DNA from: Callorhinchus milii
Taxonomy: Eukaryota
Direction of reading: 5' to 3'
DNA: 64,000 nucleotides
Assembly: GCF_018977255.1 (NCBI RefSeq)
Contig: NW_024704742.1
Location: 101,434,001 to 101,498,000, forward strand
A program made the translations under genes and the position numbers. Each line of letters starts with the position of its first letter. The stretch's first letter is position 1. The notes under the pieces are model-generated. The model was given only the letters and a program-made list of their open reading frames with translations, searched no databases and was not told the DNA's origin. Below, piece after piece: positions 39,155-51,019 of this stretch.

Positions 39155-39466
39155 GTGGAGTCCTGTAGCTCAGTGGTTAGAGCACTCGCTTTGCAAGTGA
39201 GAGACCTGAGTCCAATTCCAGGCAGGGCGAAACCTTGGGCAAGTTTCTTTACTCCACACGCCTAATAATAATCCTTCCAAAAAAACAAAAACAATAATAA
39301 AATTGGTCATTTTCAATCTACGACTGTTTGTGGGACATTGCTGTGCGCAATTGACTGCCGCATTCGCCCACAAATATACAGTCAATTCACTTTACAGTGT
39401 ATTCTGTGAAGTGCTTTGGGACGTCCTCCTGACATGAAAAGCGCTATATCAAATTCAAGGATTATT
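39155..39466 (+). mobile_element. Full-length young SINE, short subfamily
   Basis: tRNA-like head with A/B boxes and L2-like tail. Confidence 0.95.
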
Positions 39467-39743
39467 AAAGCATTTTACAGGATTTACTGGATTTTAGCAA
39501 CAGTCCTCACATTCCCCAAATAGGTTAGGCCCACACTGAATAAAAACACCAATTTAACCAATTATAAGGGGCAGATATTATTAACATAAGTGATTCTTCA
39601 AATTCCAATTTTGTAGAGGGATCTCATGGAACTATAATGTCAGTCATACGTGGAGCAGTTCTTAATACGACTAAAACTCTGGGTCACAGCTACTGTTATT
39701 GCTATCTGAGAAAGCGCAGGAAGAATGAGTGACAATATATTAC

Positions 39744-39831
39744 CTGCCAGTTCAAAAATGCGAGTTTAGTAAGATCTTCCCTGGAGTATTCTTTAACCTT
39801 TCAAACATTCTGGAGTAATGCACACTCATGT
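39744..39831 (-). pseudogene. Pseudo-exon, kinase repeat 6, subdomains VIII-IX
   Basis: tttcag acceptor, CAG|gtaat donor. Removing one base gives ITPECLKVKEYSREDLTKLAFLNWQ (cf. APECLxxxxYSxxSDVWSFGxxxWE). Confidence 0.6.
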
Positions 39832-40138
39832 CTGAAACTCAAATAGTTGGCTGGAATATTTTAAATCATCTGCTTACCTCACCTACATTCCCTATTTTAT
39901 TTCACAATATAGAGTCATGTAAGATCCATCCAAATTAAATATTCATGAAATGGAAATACTCTACAGCAAAACAACCCCAGAAAAATTGTGTTTAAATGCA
40001 TTATTCATAATAATGGAACATTTATAGGTCAGCATTCCATATTTTTAGAGTGGGTGGGAAACCTTGGTTTCATTTTAACCGAAATGTAGTACATTCTCAG
40101 ACCATTTTAAAATCTTACTTTCATTAAAAGTAAATTAC

Positions 40139-40385
40139 CCAAGATCAGTAGGATTTTAGACCTAATTTTATGTTTGTTGCTGGTGTTGAGCTGCTCTGAA
40201 TGAGATTTCATTTGCTTTGTAATATCCCCACATAGTGCTTATAACCACAATGCTGTTTATATACATCTAACTGCAATGACCTAGATAGATCATAGGTGTT
40301 AATAGTATAAGCAAGCTTAGATTTCAGAAATATTACATTTGCAAAATGTACAAATTTGCTCTCTGGAAAAATGAGGAGAGCCTGC
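40139..40385 (-). pseudogene. Pseudo-exon, kinase repeat 6, subdomains VIb-VII
   Basis: Strong acceptor ttttcatttcactctcttggaccacag. Open ~58 codons: ESKFVHFANVIF...INTYDLSRSLQLDVYK (cf. FVH...N...ISDFGLSR...DYY). Confidence 0.6.
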
Positions 40386-40754
40386 CTGTGGTCCAAGAGA
40401 GTGAAATGAAAATAAACACTGCAACAGATGGGTTAAGATGATGGTACTGTGAATTGTGATGGCAACACCTGATAATGAAGCAACTTTATTATTCCAATAA
40501 TAATTCATAGAATCATAGACTTTTACAGCACAGGAGACAATTCGGCTGCTCAAGTCTGCCCGGCCTATTTATTTCAGTGCACAAAATATAAAAACATTGA
40601 ACATAAAAAGGCAGTTAATCCTTTGGACCTTCAGGTAGTTTAATGGTTAAGTCATCTGCTCCACATTCCCAAGAGGGTTTTTAAGAAAACTGAAAAAGAC
40701 ATGATACTTCAAGGATAAATATTCATAGGAAGTACTCAACCAGAAAAATCCTAC

Positions 40755-40996
40755 CTAAAGATATGTCTTTGAATACATTATTCATTCATGGTCCTGCCAT
40801 GTGGCTTTGGTGAAGAAGTTATATGACATCTGGCAGAGATCAGTAAAATGCTGGAATCTTTATGAAAATCAAGAATGCTAAAGTAGCATTTATGCAAGTG
40901 TTGAGATAATGTGTTCAGCATGGAGGAACTGGATGGTCTTATTCATATATGGCATTGTATCATTTACTGAGTGCAGATCTCAGTTACATCTCATTT
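40755..40996 (-). pseudogene. Pseudo-exon, kinase repeat 6, subdomains III-V
   Basis: Donor TAG|gtagga. QFLHAEHIISTL/HKCYFSILD..SILLIS..C across one shift. Phase-2 join to the next exon. Confidence 0.5.
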
Positions 40997-41224
40997 CTAA
41001 TATAGCAATTGTCAAGTAGTTAAAGATATTATTCACATGTTGCTTTGTTTCAAACTGAGAAATTTTGGGAGAAAGAAACGCAGAACACCACTCAGATTGA
41101 AAATCAGTGGGAGAAAAAGTACAATTTTACACAGAATTACAACAACATCAACTTGCATTTATATAGCCTCATACAGGATAGTATTCTAGAATTTTTACAC
41201 GATTGAAACAGGCCATTCGGGCCT

Positions 41225-41498
41225 AAGCGAGAGACCTGGGTTCAATTCCCGGCAGGGCGAAACCTTGGGCAAGTTTCCTTACTCCACATGCCTGATAATA
41301 ATCCTTCAAAAATAACAATAATAAAATCGGTCACTTCAATCCACAACTGTTTGTGGGACACTGCTGTGCACAATTGGCTGCTGTGTTTCACCCACGAATA
41401 TACAGTCAATTCACTTTACAGTCTATTCTGTGAAGCGCTTTGAGACGTCTAGAACACGTGAAAAAGCGCGATATCAAATACAAGGATTATTATTATTA
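41225..41498 (+). mobile_element. SINE, 5'-truncated; an opposite-strand SINE tail follows at ~41632-41760
   Basis: Matches 39155-39466 from the anticodon stem onward. Confidence 0.92.
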
Positions 41499-41763
41499 TC
41501 ACTAGCAGGTACTGGTGTTTGCACTCTAATAATCCTCCAACTATCCTAACCTCCTACCCACTTTCACTCTCATACCCCTCCATTGGTTTCTCCCTTGTGT
41601 GGTAAATAAATTCCCAAACATTGGTTGGTTGATAATAATAATAATCTTCGCATTTGATATAGCGCCTTATCACATAATCAAGACATCTCAAAATGCTTAC
41701 AGAATATACTGTAAAGTGGTGTGAAGGTGTATTTTGTGAGCAAACTATCGGCATCTAATTTAC

Positions 41764-42409
41764 AGTGTTTCTTAAAGGCCTTCTTTATTGAGTTGTGGCA
41801 ATGGAAACTCCTTTTGATAATCTGTATGATGTCATGCTAGCCCATGGGAATGCACTATCTGTGGTCTATTTGTAGAGTGAAGTTCCTGTGGATCGATAGA
41901 AATTCTATCAGGATTGTTTATTAATCAGCACTCTGTTTCTCCTTCTGTTTTTTATAATGTACTGCTTATATTATTCAGCTGCATCCAGCATGACTAAAGT
42001 ATTTTGCAGGCTACTCTCAATGACATAAATTGCTGAGACAGAGCTGGCTCCCATCTGAAAATCGCAGTGATGTAGTTCGTCCCCTCTCTGAGTTTGTGCA
42101 AGACTTCTGCGTCGCACTAAGGTGAAAGAGGCAATGACAGTACTGCATGGAACTGGACCTGAGACTGGTGATGCTCATAGAGGTGAGCCGATATATATGT
42201 TTTATAAAATCATATAAAGAGTCCCACATTGTTCACTTAATATTTTTATTGTTCATTGTCCAGTTGGAGAATGGTCACTTGAAGAAGTAGAACTGTGTGG
42301 GGCCAATCCTCTGCTGTGATTCAATCCAAATTGTAGTGGGAAATGGGAGGGAGAGGGGTGATATGCTGTGCTTTTAGTAAAGTGGTGCTGTGCATTATAT
42401 AGGTGAATA
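41764..42409 (-). pseudogene. Pseudo-exon: end of kinase repeat 5 (IX-XI) and start of repeat 6 (I)
   Basis: One frame reads PLSP*CDAEVLHKLREG...ACKIL*SCW, then ISIDPQELSLYK (cf. WEIDPxELxxxK). Acceptor position uncertain. Confidence 0.55.
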
Positions 42410-43009
42410 CTATTAAACACAGCCAAGGTCAGTAAACTTGGCCACAAGTGAAGAATAATTATAGGTTTTACACTGAGTTTATTTCAGCCAATACCCACAG
42501 TGATAACAGGGAGGTAAGGTAACTGTTACTCTACCTCTGAGATGGTGTTATGTTAATTGCTAGTTAAGGACTTTGCACTTTCCCCCATCTGCCACTTGAA
42601 AGAGATGGAAGATAAATGGTTCAGTTTCCAACATTTAACTTGATAAAAGAAAGAAGATATAAAATGCATGAATCTGCCACAATGAGATCCATACACTGAA
42701 CTTACTTGGTCAATTACTTTAATAAAACAGAGCTGTAGGTTTTTTAAACAAAGACAACATAGGTTGCACAGATCAATGCTGGAAATTTTATTCTTTCCCT
42801 ATAATCACTTTAAACTACAGAGTCAAATCAAACAGGAGAAATAATTCCCTTAAATCGATATTTGTGTTTCTGATTTGCTTTTTATAGCTACTTAAATCTC
42901 TAATAAATTAATCTTTCAGTACAGCGCGAATACAGTATTTTCTTATTCCCTTCACAAATGATTGAGTTCTTAAGTGATTTCAAACATGTTGAGTAGGCTC
43001 TTATATATC

Positions 43010-43430
43010 TATGGCAGCCTGGCTCAGTTGGTATCACTCACATCTCTGAGTCAGAAGGTTGTGGGTTCAAACCCTATGGATCCCATATAATCTAAGCCGA
43101 CACTACAATGCAGCACTGGGGGATGTTGCATTGTTGGAGGTGCCGTCCTTTGGATGAAACGTTAAACCAAGGCTTTGTCCGCCTATTCAGGTGGACGTTA
43201 AAGTACCCATGGCATTATTTGAAAAGAAAAGGTAGTTTCTCTTGGTGTCCTGGCCAACAATCCCCCAAATAAAATTGGTCATTCACTCCATGGCTTGTTT
43301 GCCAGACTCCATAAGCTGTGCGTAATTGGGCTGCCACATTTGGCACAGTCGCTGTACACTATATCCTGTGAAGTACTTTGGGACGTCCTACCATGTGAAA
43401 GGTGCTATACCAAATGTAAGGATTATCATT
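43010..43430 (+). mobile_element. Deu-type SINE, near full length
   Basis: gcctggctcagttggta..gggttcaaacc head and conserved core. Confidence 0.8.
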
Positions 43431-43715
43431 AACAATAGTTGTTTGCTATTATTTTGTAGTAGAAAAATTGTTTTAAAACTATTTATTTTTACAATGTACA
43501 ACAAATTCTAACAAAATCAACAGCAGCAAAACTGCAACTTTCGAACAAATTCTAAAAAAAATTACTTTTAAAATTTGTTAAAGGTGTAACTGGTGATATT
43601 TAATATCTGCCCGCAACTCAATATCAATTTAAAAACAGAGCGGTGAACCACCTTCTCCCATCTTCTCAGCGCTAAAGATGCTGACTATGAATTGAACTTA
43701 GTGTAGCATTAGTAC

Positions 43716-43876
43716 CTGCTTTGAAAAAGTAGCAGCAGAACACAGTTGTTGTCAACTACAATTCCAGAATATGTGGTTCACCTCTGAAGTAACCATTCTT
43801 CTTTCAACATTTAATTTTTCATGTTCTTCTTCAAATCCTCAAGCACACATGTCAAACATTTTTGGAGAAATTGAAA
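43716..43876 (-). pseudogene. Pseudo-exon, kinase repeat 5, subdomain VIII
   Basis: AG acceptor, donor CAG|gtact. In phase with the previous exon; ends HIFWNCS*QQLCSAATFSKQ. Confidence 0.45.
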
Positions 43877-44012
43877 CTGTAAACCATTTTCCCCCTTAGA
43901 TGTACACATAAACAAACATGGACCTGCTTTGCCAGACATGTCCATAAGCTTGGAACAATCCAGACTAGAGTCACGCATTAGGTTTTTGTATAATTGTCAA
44001 ATTCCAACTCAC

Positions 44013-44265
44013 CTTAGTCTTTCAGTATTTGGTCCATAGGCGCCAACTTCGTAATCCAATATGTGTGCATTAGTTCACTGTCAGATGTTAGTTATTGTAT
44101 ATAATGGGACACACTTTAGTTTCACTGTTTGCAATTGGACACTTCCAATACTAAACCAATTTCAGTTTGCTCAGGTCTCAGCTTTGTTATGCTGCATTGC
44201 TGATTGAAGGTATTTTTTCTCAGCTATGCTCTTGTGCACATCTCAATTGTGTGCAATATGCAAGA
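44013..44265 (-). pseudogene. Pseudo-exon, kinase repeat 5, subdomains V-VII
   Basis: Acceptor gtatttccattag, consensus donor AAG|gtgagt. Reads IEMCTRA*LRK...IGLVLEVSN...LTSDSELMHTYWITKLA (cf. TEYCxRGSL...LTSxNxLVxxxWxxKLA). Confidence 0.6.
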
Positions 44266-44325
44266 CTAATGGAAATACATGTTAATAATAGATTCAATGC
44301 AATACAGTAAATGGTTACATTTTAC

Positions 44326-44967
44326 CTGCACCATAAAAATCCAATATAAAGGGCTAACAACCAGGGCAAACATTCCAAAAGTTAAGTTCAGTGCATGGCT
44401 TGTCAATCATGAGGTTTTTTCATTAACTTTATTTTTTTCTTGGTGAATCCGTTTGCCAATCCAAGTGTCATGTGTCACTTTTAGATAATGTAGCACTTTC
44501 CACTTTTAGAACTTAAAGGTGAATATGCCTCTTGGCGCTAGGTGTAGCACTTTTGATATACTGTCTGCTTATAATAGAAAAATCCCATTATAAGTGCACT
44601 TTGTCTAAGTCAGCACACCATTAAGAGTCATCTCACTCCAACTTAACTCCAACCAAGGACGATTGGATGCCCTCTCACCTTTTGTGGCAGAACATTTTCA
44701 GCTCGATTTCAAAATGTGAAAGCCACTTGTCAACAGTAACATTAAAAGATTAGTCATGATCCAACAGAAACTTCTCTTGCCATTTTGTTTCTTGTAAATC
44801 TCAAATTTTTTCCTAATAAGATTAACCGGTATAATAGTGGCAGAAAATTAAATTGTGTTGTGGCCCTCCGTAGAATCAATAGTTTGGATGTGACAATGTT
44901 GAAAGGGGTTGAGAATACTCGAAGTCCACAGAAACAATGAATTAGTGGCAAATATCAGATTTAACAC
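44326..44967 (-). pseudogene. Pseudo-exon: linker plus kinase repeat 5 N-lobe (to subdomain IV)
   Basis: Donor CAG|gtaaaa. Ends TELNFWNVCPGC*PFILDFYGA (cf. PxIVxFYGA). Confidence 0.55.
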
Positions 44968-46255
44968 CTACCAAAGCTGTGCAATGATATTCCTTTTCTT
45001 TACCCCAAGGAGATCAATATAAATACTCCTTCCATTTGATATAGTGTCTATAACATCAAAACATCACAGTCTTCTAATCCAGAGGGAGAGTGCTATGGAC
45101 TAAGCCAAACTGAAGCAACTGCTATGCCTCATTATCATTCAAACCTGAGATCATCAAGTCTGATGCTAATTATTTTCATATTAATGGTGAATTGCATGAC
45201 ATTTGAGAATCCTTCCTGGTTTATGCCAGCAGTATTGGGAAAATGGACTAATAATGTCAAGCACATATTACTAAATCTTTATGTCGGAAAGAAGTTGAGG
45301 ATGTCATCATTCATAGACACTTAGAGCAGCTCTGTAAGGCTGGTAAGTTCTCCCAATTAATGCATAAACACAAGAGTTTGATATTAATGAAAACCACTGA
45401 TAAGGCAATGAAAAAATATTTAATTGGATCAGACAAAAATGTCATAATAGCTGCTCTGGGCCACAGATATGCAATAATGATCCTTGCATTTGATACAGTG
45501 TCTTATCATGTCAAGAGATCTTAATGCGCTTCACATGATATACTGTAAAGTGATGTGAATGTGTGTATTTTGTGGGTGAATTTACCGAAAATTACACCTG
45601 CAAATGAAATAAACAAGGACATCAAAAGTTTGAAAACTCCACACCCTAATGGATTAGTTATGCCAATTTAGAAGCTGCTTAATCTGATTGTTTAATGGTC
45701 AAAAAATAAAGTCATTCGTTAAAGGTGGTTATTTGGTCCAGTGAATAAATTACAATATTCATAGCAGCATATAAATTTAGGAGGGGATAAATGTCTTTGC
45801 AATTTTAATACTCCCTCTTCAACTTAAAGCGCTCTGAGATGCCATCCGGCGTGGAGGGCGATATATAAATCCAAGTTGTTGTTCTTGTTATCTGGGCATA
45901 TTCACTTGTGCAGGAAGGACGTAGTTCTTCACCAGATCAAACAATGCACTTTGATGGGTAAAAGAAATTTGCTTTCCAAACGGCATTATACATGCATTTG
46001 TCATCACTCGTTACCATTCGATCAACAGCACCTTTCCTTGTCAAAGGAACTAAGCAGTATCCTTTTACCATCTCTAAAGACTACACCATGTCATAGTTGC
46101 CAAAGAGAAAGTTCAACACTCTTAAAACCCACGTGTGTTAGCATATTGGACAAGTGGACAAATCAATTGTTCACTGTTACCAGAAGCAACCATAACTATA
46201 CACAAATTGCTTTGTTTACTACCAGCTTCAGAGGTCAGATGCATTGATGCAGTAC

Positions 46256-46776
46256 CATTGATTGAAGGAGTGGGATTCTGCTATGTTAATGTCATCTGAA
46301 GCTACTTATGCCAGCTTAAATATAGCAGATGGCCGTTTTTGTTTATGCTGATGTTATTACCATCTATAACTATATTGTTTCATAATGTTCCATACATGTC
46401 AAATAAATTAGCTTTGTTTAGTGGTATATGATGTGTCATGTCAGATTCCTGATGTTGCTAATTTTAGACTACAGCTAATGGGTGGCTCTTGTCAAGGCTG
46501 CATTAGATGTTGTTAAGGTCTGCGGGCTGTAATTTTACTTCTTAATCAAGTCATTTTTATGTCAGAGCCATTGTGCTAAATTATAATTCACCATAAAATA
46601 ATTAACTCTAGCCATAAATCCAAAATCAATTTCTTCTACAGTCCTGATAATTATACTAATAAGCTGCAATTTTTGCTGGATAATATTCTCCCACCCGCAA
46701 AGCTATCTCACTGTCAGCAATTATTACTATCATTTGTTCAATCAGACTGGTAGGATGTTAGTCAACACCATACAAT
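46256..46776 (-). pseudogene. Pseudo-exon, kinase repeat 4, subdomains VI-XI
   Basis: Acceptor gatttcatgattag. LRVGEYYPAKIAAY (cf. TK ILVGENYVAKIADF), later WNIMKQ...W...KQKRPSA (subdomain XI-like). Confidence 0.55.
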
Positions 46777-47102
46777 CTAATCATGAAATCATAAATATTT
46801 CAACATAATAGGAGGCCAGTTAACCCCTATGTGCCCATGAGGGACTTACTCGCACACGGTAGTGCTCACATTTTTGGTTGTACAAAGAATTGTGGCTTTT
46901 TTATGGTGAATTATAATTTTAGCACACTGGCTCCTACATAAAAATGACTTGATTATGGCTTTGTGATTCATTTTACAAACTGAAAGCTTCATCAGATCAA
47001 ACAATGCACTTTGATGGGTAAAATAAATTTGCTTTGCAAATAGCATTGAATGTGAATTTGTTATCACTTGTTGTCAACCATTAAGTTAGAAGCATCCTAT
47101 AA

Positions 47103-47455
47103 CTTAGTGGTTAGAGCACTCGCCTCATAAGTGAGAAAACATGGGTTAGTTTTCCAGGCAGGCAAGGTTCCTTAGTCCACGAGCCTATGTTTGCCTAGCA
47201 GTAAATAGGCACCTAGCTGTTAGTCGATTGGCAGATCACTTTTCTGGGGCTAATGATCCCTTCAAAATTAAAAAAAAAATAATAATGTGGTCACTCAATC
47301 CACAAATGTGTGTGGGACACTGCTGTGTGCAATTGGCTGTCGCGTTTCGCCCACAAAATATACAATCACTTCACTTTACAGTATAATTTGTGAAGCTTTT
47401 TGAGATGTCTCGAAGATGTGACAAGGCACTTTATCAAATGCAAAGATTATTATTA
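47103..47455 (+). mobile_element. tRNA-derived SINE, long subfamily
   Basis: Matches 49793-50163. Confidence 0.9.
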
Positions 47456-48254
47456 GTATTTCCACCGAATCCCTTCTGTACTGGGCTCATCCTTTGGGGA
47501 CCAAGGATTTCTGGCAATGTACAAGCCTGTGTAATGCTCATTTATAGGAGGATGAAGATGCCTTTCCCTGCTCTAGCAGTTCCCTACTCCCATCGTAAAA
47601 ATGTGATCTCCAAACACCGGAACTGCTGTACAAATGATGTTGCAATGGGAGGAAGGTAGGGCAGGTAATCTGGAAGGATGAGAACAAATGCGCCAAAGTG
47701 CCTCCTTCATCAGAACTCTCTTTCGTGATCTTTTATGCTGACATTTATGTCAATAGACACATTGCTTTCCTTTTTACAAAACTGAAAGCAAATGTAATTG
47801 GCAAACCACTGCACAATTCTGAAATAAAATTTTCCCAAGAAAACTCTCCCTGAACTGCAGTTTATTTAATCAAAGTTCAACCCCATTTTTGCTTGCTAGA
47901 CATCATCATTGTTCATGAGCCTATATTATCATTCCAGGTCATTAAATCAATTCAAAATTGCCATATTGTTGCTTGTTTCTGTCTTAAAATGTAATGAGGC
48001 AAATCTCTCATTGCATGCTTGAAGGTTTCCCTTGAATTTGAGTCCATTAGACCTATGCTAATATTCTGGAAATAATCAATTTCTTTATTTATGATCTGCA
48101 AACTTCCCTATCCTGAAGAAATTAATTATTAAAATTTTACCTCTGGGTTTTAAACATCTTAGAGCAATTGAAACCTGGCTTGGATTGTATGAAATTGTCT
48201 GAAATATTGATTGATCTAGTTTAGCTTTGAGGTGGGAGAGGGGGGTGGTGTGTG

Positions 48255-48650
48255 GCAGCCAGGTACCTGATACATGCAGAAACCCATCACAGCAAACATT
48301 GCCAGGCTCCACTGCCTCACTGTATCCAAATCGATTGACTTCAGGATCCTTACTCTCACATACAAATTCACACACTAATTCTCCAACCTTCTCGTACCCC
48401 AGTCTCTGTTCGTCCCTCCGATCATTCCTTGCCACACTTGGTGGCCGTGCTTTCAGCCACTATGCTCCTAATTCCAGCCTCAATCCCTCCACCTTGCTCC
48501 ATATTTATCCATCTTTAAATCCAACCTGAAAAACTATCTCTTCAACCATGTATATTGTTATCCCCTTTTCTCTTTGCTCGGCATCCAACCCCATGACTGT
48601 ACAGCGTTCCTGAGTTATTATCCCAAGTGAACAGTATAAATGCAAGTTAT
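48255..48650 (+). mobile_element. Old L2 3' fragment
   Basis: TLGGRAFSHYAP peptide and tail. Confidence 0.75.
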
Positions 48651-49326
48651 TAAGATTATCCAAACCAGACTGAGAATTGCACCTTTATCTGGCACCTATA
48701 AACTGAAATGTTCCTGTGTCAGGATAGAATGTGCATTAACTGTAGGGAAGCATGCTCTTTGCTTAATTCTGGAGAGAATTAAACACAAGTTGGCAAGAGC
48801 TGAAGTTTAACCAGCTAAAACCGGAGCTCGCCATTGAAAGCATTGTCTGGTAAACTTTCTGCTGCTTGTTCAGACCATCCCATTAATTAATTAATTGATT
48901 GATTGATTGACCATCCCGCCCATTAAGGCTATGCCCTGTAGGGTTAACAGGAGCTGACTGGAAAGCCCTGCTTTTTTTTATTTTGTTTATATACAACCTT
49001 AGAGTGACAAACTCTCCGGCTTGCAAAACATGAGTCAGTAATTATACTTTTCCCCTTGCACTTCCCATAACTTGCAGTGTAGGGAAGCAACCACTATCTC
49101 CTGTTATTTTCCACATTTCTCTTTTTCTCTTCATGGCTGTTTGTGGGATATTGCTGTGCGCAAAATTGGCTGTCACATTTGCCCACAAAACACACAGTCA
49201 CTACTTTGGATGTCTTCGCGATGTGAAAGACACAGTACTAAATGTAAAGATTATTTTTACTATTATTATGCATGACACAAATTCAAGTTAATTCTCCTTT
49301 TTTCCTCTAGTTTCAAATGTACATAC

Positions 49327-49485
49327 CTGAGAATAACTGTGTACAAGATGTACATAAACCACTCTGATTATGGATAGGGGGAGAAATATAGGTTAATTAT
49401 CACATTATGGGATATTCCGCTCCTGAAGAACCTCAATGTCTAAAGCAATGTCTGAAGCTTTTTCCCACTGACATTGTTTCCCAAG
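49327..49485 (-). pseudogene. Pseudo-exon, kinase repeat 4 (middle)
   Basis: Consensus donor CAG|gtatgt. Contains a WEKASDIALDI-like helix. One frame joins the 46776 acceptor in phase. Confidence 0.4.
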
Positions 49486-49792
49486 CTGGTTGTTAAGCCA
49501 ATAAGACATTACAAAATTAGGTTTTAAGATCCTTTTTTTATATGCTGTTGCATATTATTGTGCATCTTTGTTTTAATTAGGAATATTGCGATTTTCAAAT
49601 AATATTCAAGCGTGAATAATTTTATCAGAGTACTTCAAAGATAAAGGGATTCTATAGTATGTAAGAAAATTAGTTCAGTTCATCCCAACAATTGTTCAAA
49701 TATAAGAAAATAAAGCAAATGGACATATATTTAATACAGCCTTACTGATCCTAAAAGATGAAATGTTTCCAGAATTGTGATATATTCAGAAT

Positions 49793-50163
49793 GTGGAGTC
49801 CTGTAGCTCAGTGGTTAGAGCACTTGCCTCGCAAGCGAGAGACCTGGGTTCTATTCTCAGCAGGGTGAAATGTTGGGCAAGTTTCCTTACTCCACACGCC
49901 TTTGTTTACCTAGCAGTAAGTAGGAACCTGGTTGTTAGTCAATTAGCAGATCGCTTTTCCAAGGATAATAATCCCTAAATTTTTTTTTAATAATTTGGTC
50001 ACTCAATCCACGACTGTTTGTGGGACACTGCTGTGCGCAATTGACTGCCACATTTCACCCACAAATATACAGTCAATTCACTTTACAGTATATTCTGTGA
50101 AGTACTTTAAGATGTCAAGAAGACATAATAAGGCGCTATATCAAATGTAAGAATTATTATTAT
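49793..50163 (+). mobile_element. Full-length tRNA-Ala-derived SINE, long subfamily
   Basis: A box, B-box-like element, ~60-bp extra internal segment, ATT tail. Confidence 0.95.
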
Positions 50164-50430
50164 ATTGCCTAGGGAGATCCTTTGAATATCTAAAAGATGA
50201 TATCATTCTAAAATTTCTGAAAGTGGCTCTAAACTGTTTTTCATCACCCACAAAACATAGTCACTCCGCTTTACAGTATATCCAGAAGTACTTTGAGATG
50301 TCCTCCTGATTGGAAACATACTGTATCAAATGCAAGTATTATTATTTTTGCATCATATTCCAATTTAGATTTAATGTTTTATCAATCAATTGGGTAATTT
50401 GCCCAAACAGTCAAACAATTTGCCAGTTAC

Positions 50431-50603
50431 TCCTCTGGTTGTCAATTACATAGCATGGCTCTTTACAAGACTCCGACTGTGGAGAAATTGACAGCAGTTT
50501 TTCTTCAGAAGCCAGCAAATTAATTCACAGATCTAACAGACGACCAAGATGAAACCAAGGACTTTGACAATACAACATATTTGTCTTTTCAGTTATTTAT
50601 TCA
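50431..50603 (-). pseudogene. Pseudo-exon, kinase repeat 4, subdomains III-V
   Basis: Acceptor ttattataacttccag, donor gtaact. Reads LLASEEKLLSI...CKEPCYVI (cf. EPIYII). Confidence 0.4.
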
Positions 50604-51019
50604 CTGGAAGTTATAATAAAGTTGTTAACGCCAAACAAATGATCATACAGCATATAGCTGGGCTCTGACCTAAATCAGAGAAGTCAAGAATTTCAGTTAG
50701 AGTTAAAGTATTTTACAACAATGTACATTAAGATTATAAAGGCTTGCAAACAATACAATCTTTTATTATTTTTGGTTTGGTCTTGTCGGTATCGTCTCTC
50801 CCACTAGAAAGCCGTGAAGCCTTGAGTCATCACTCACTTTGACTGTCATTTTCTTACATTCTAACAAATTAGATAGATTTCTGCTAGAAAATAATATCTC
50901 AGGATACAGTATAAAGTTTGGAACACAACATGTCAAGCATCTGCCTGGAAGGTGGAAGGCAAACTAGATGGACCTCGGTCTTCTTTCGCCTAGCAAATTC
51001 TTATGTTCTTATGCCTTTG

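Noticed and set aside
42010..42182. Plus-strand exon (ttgcag / gtgagc)
   Set aside because: It has internal stops and overlaps the better-supported minus-strand pseudo-exon.
44013..44265. Alpha-kinase similarity in another frame
   Set aside because: Weak. The conventional kinase reading fits better and is collinear with the adjacent exons.
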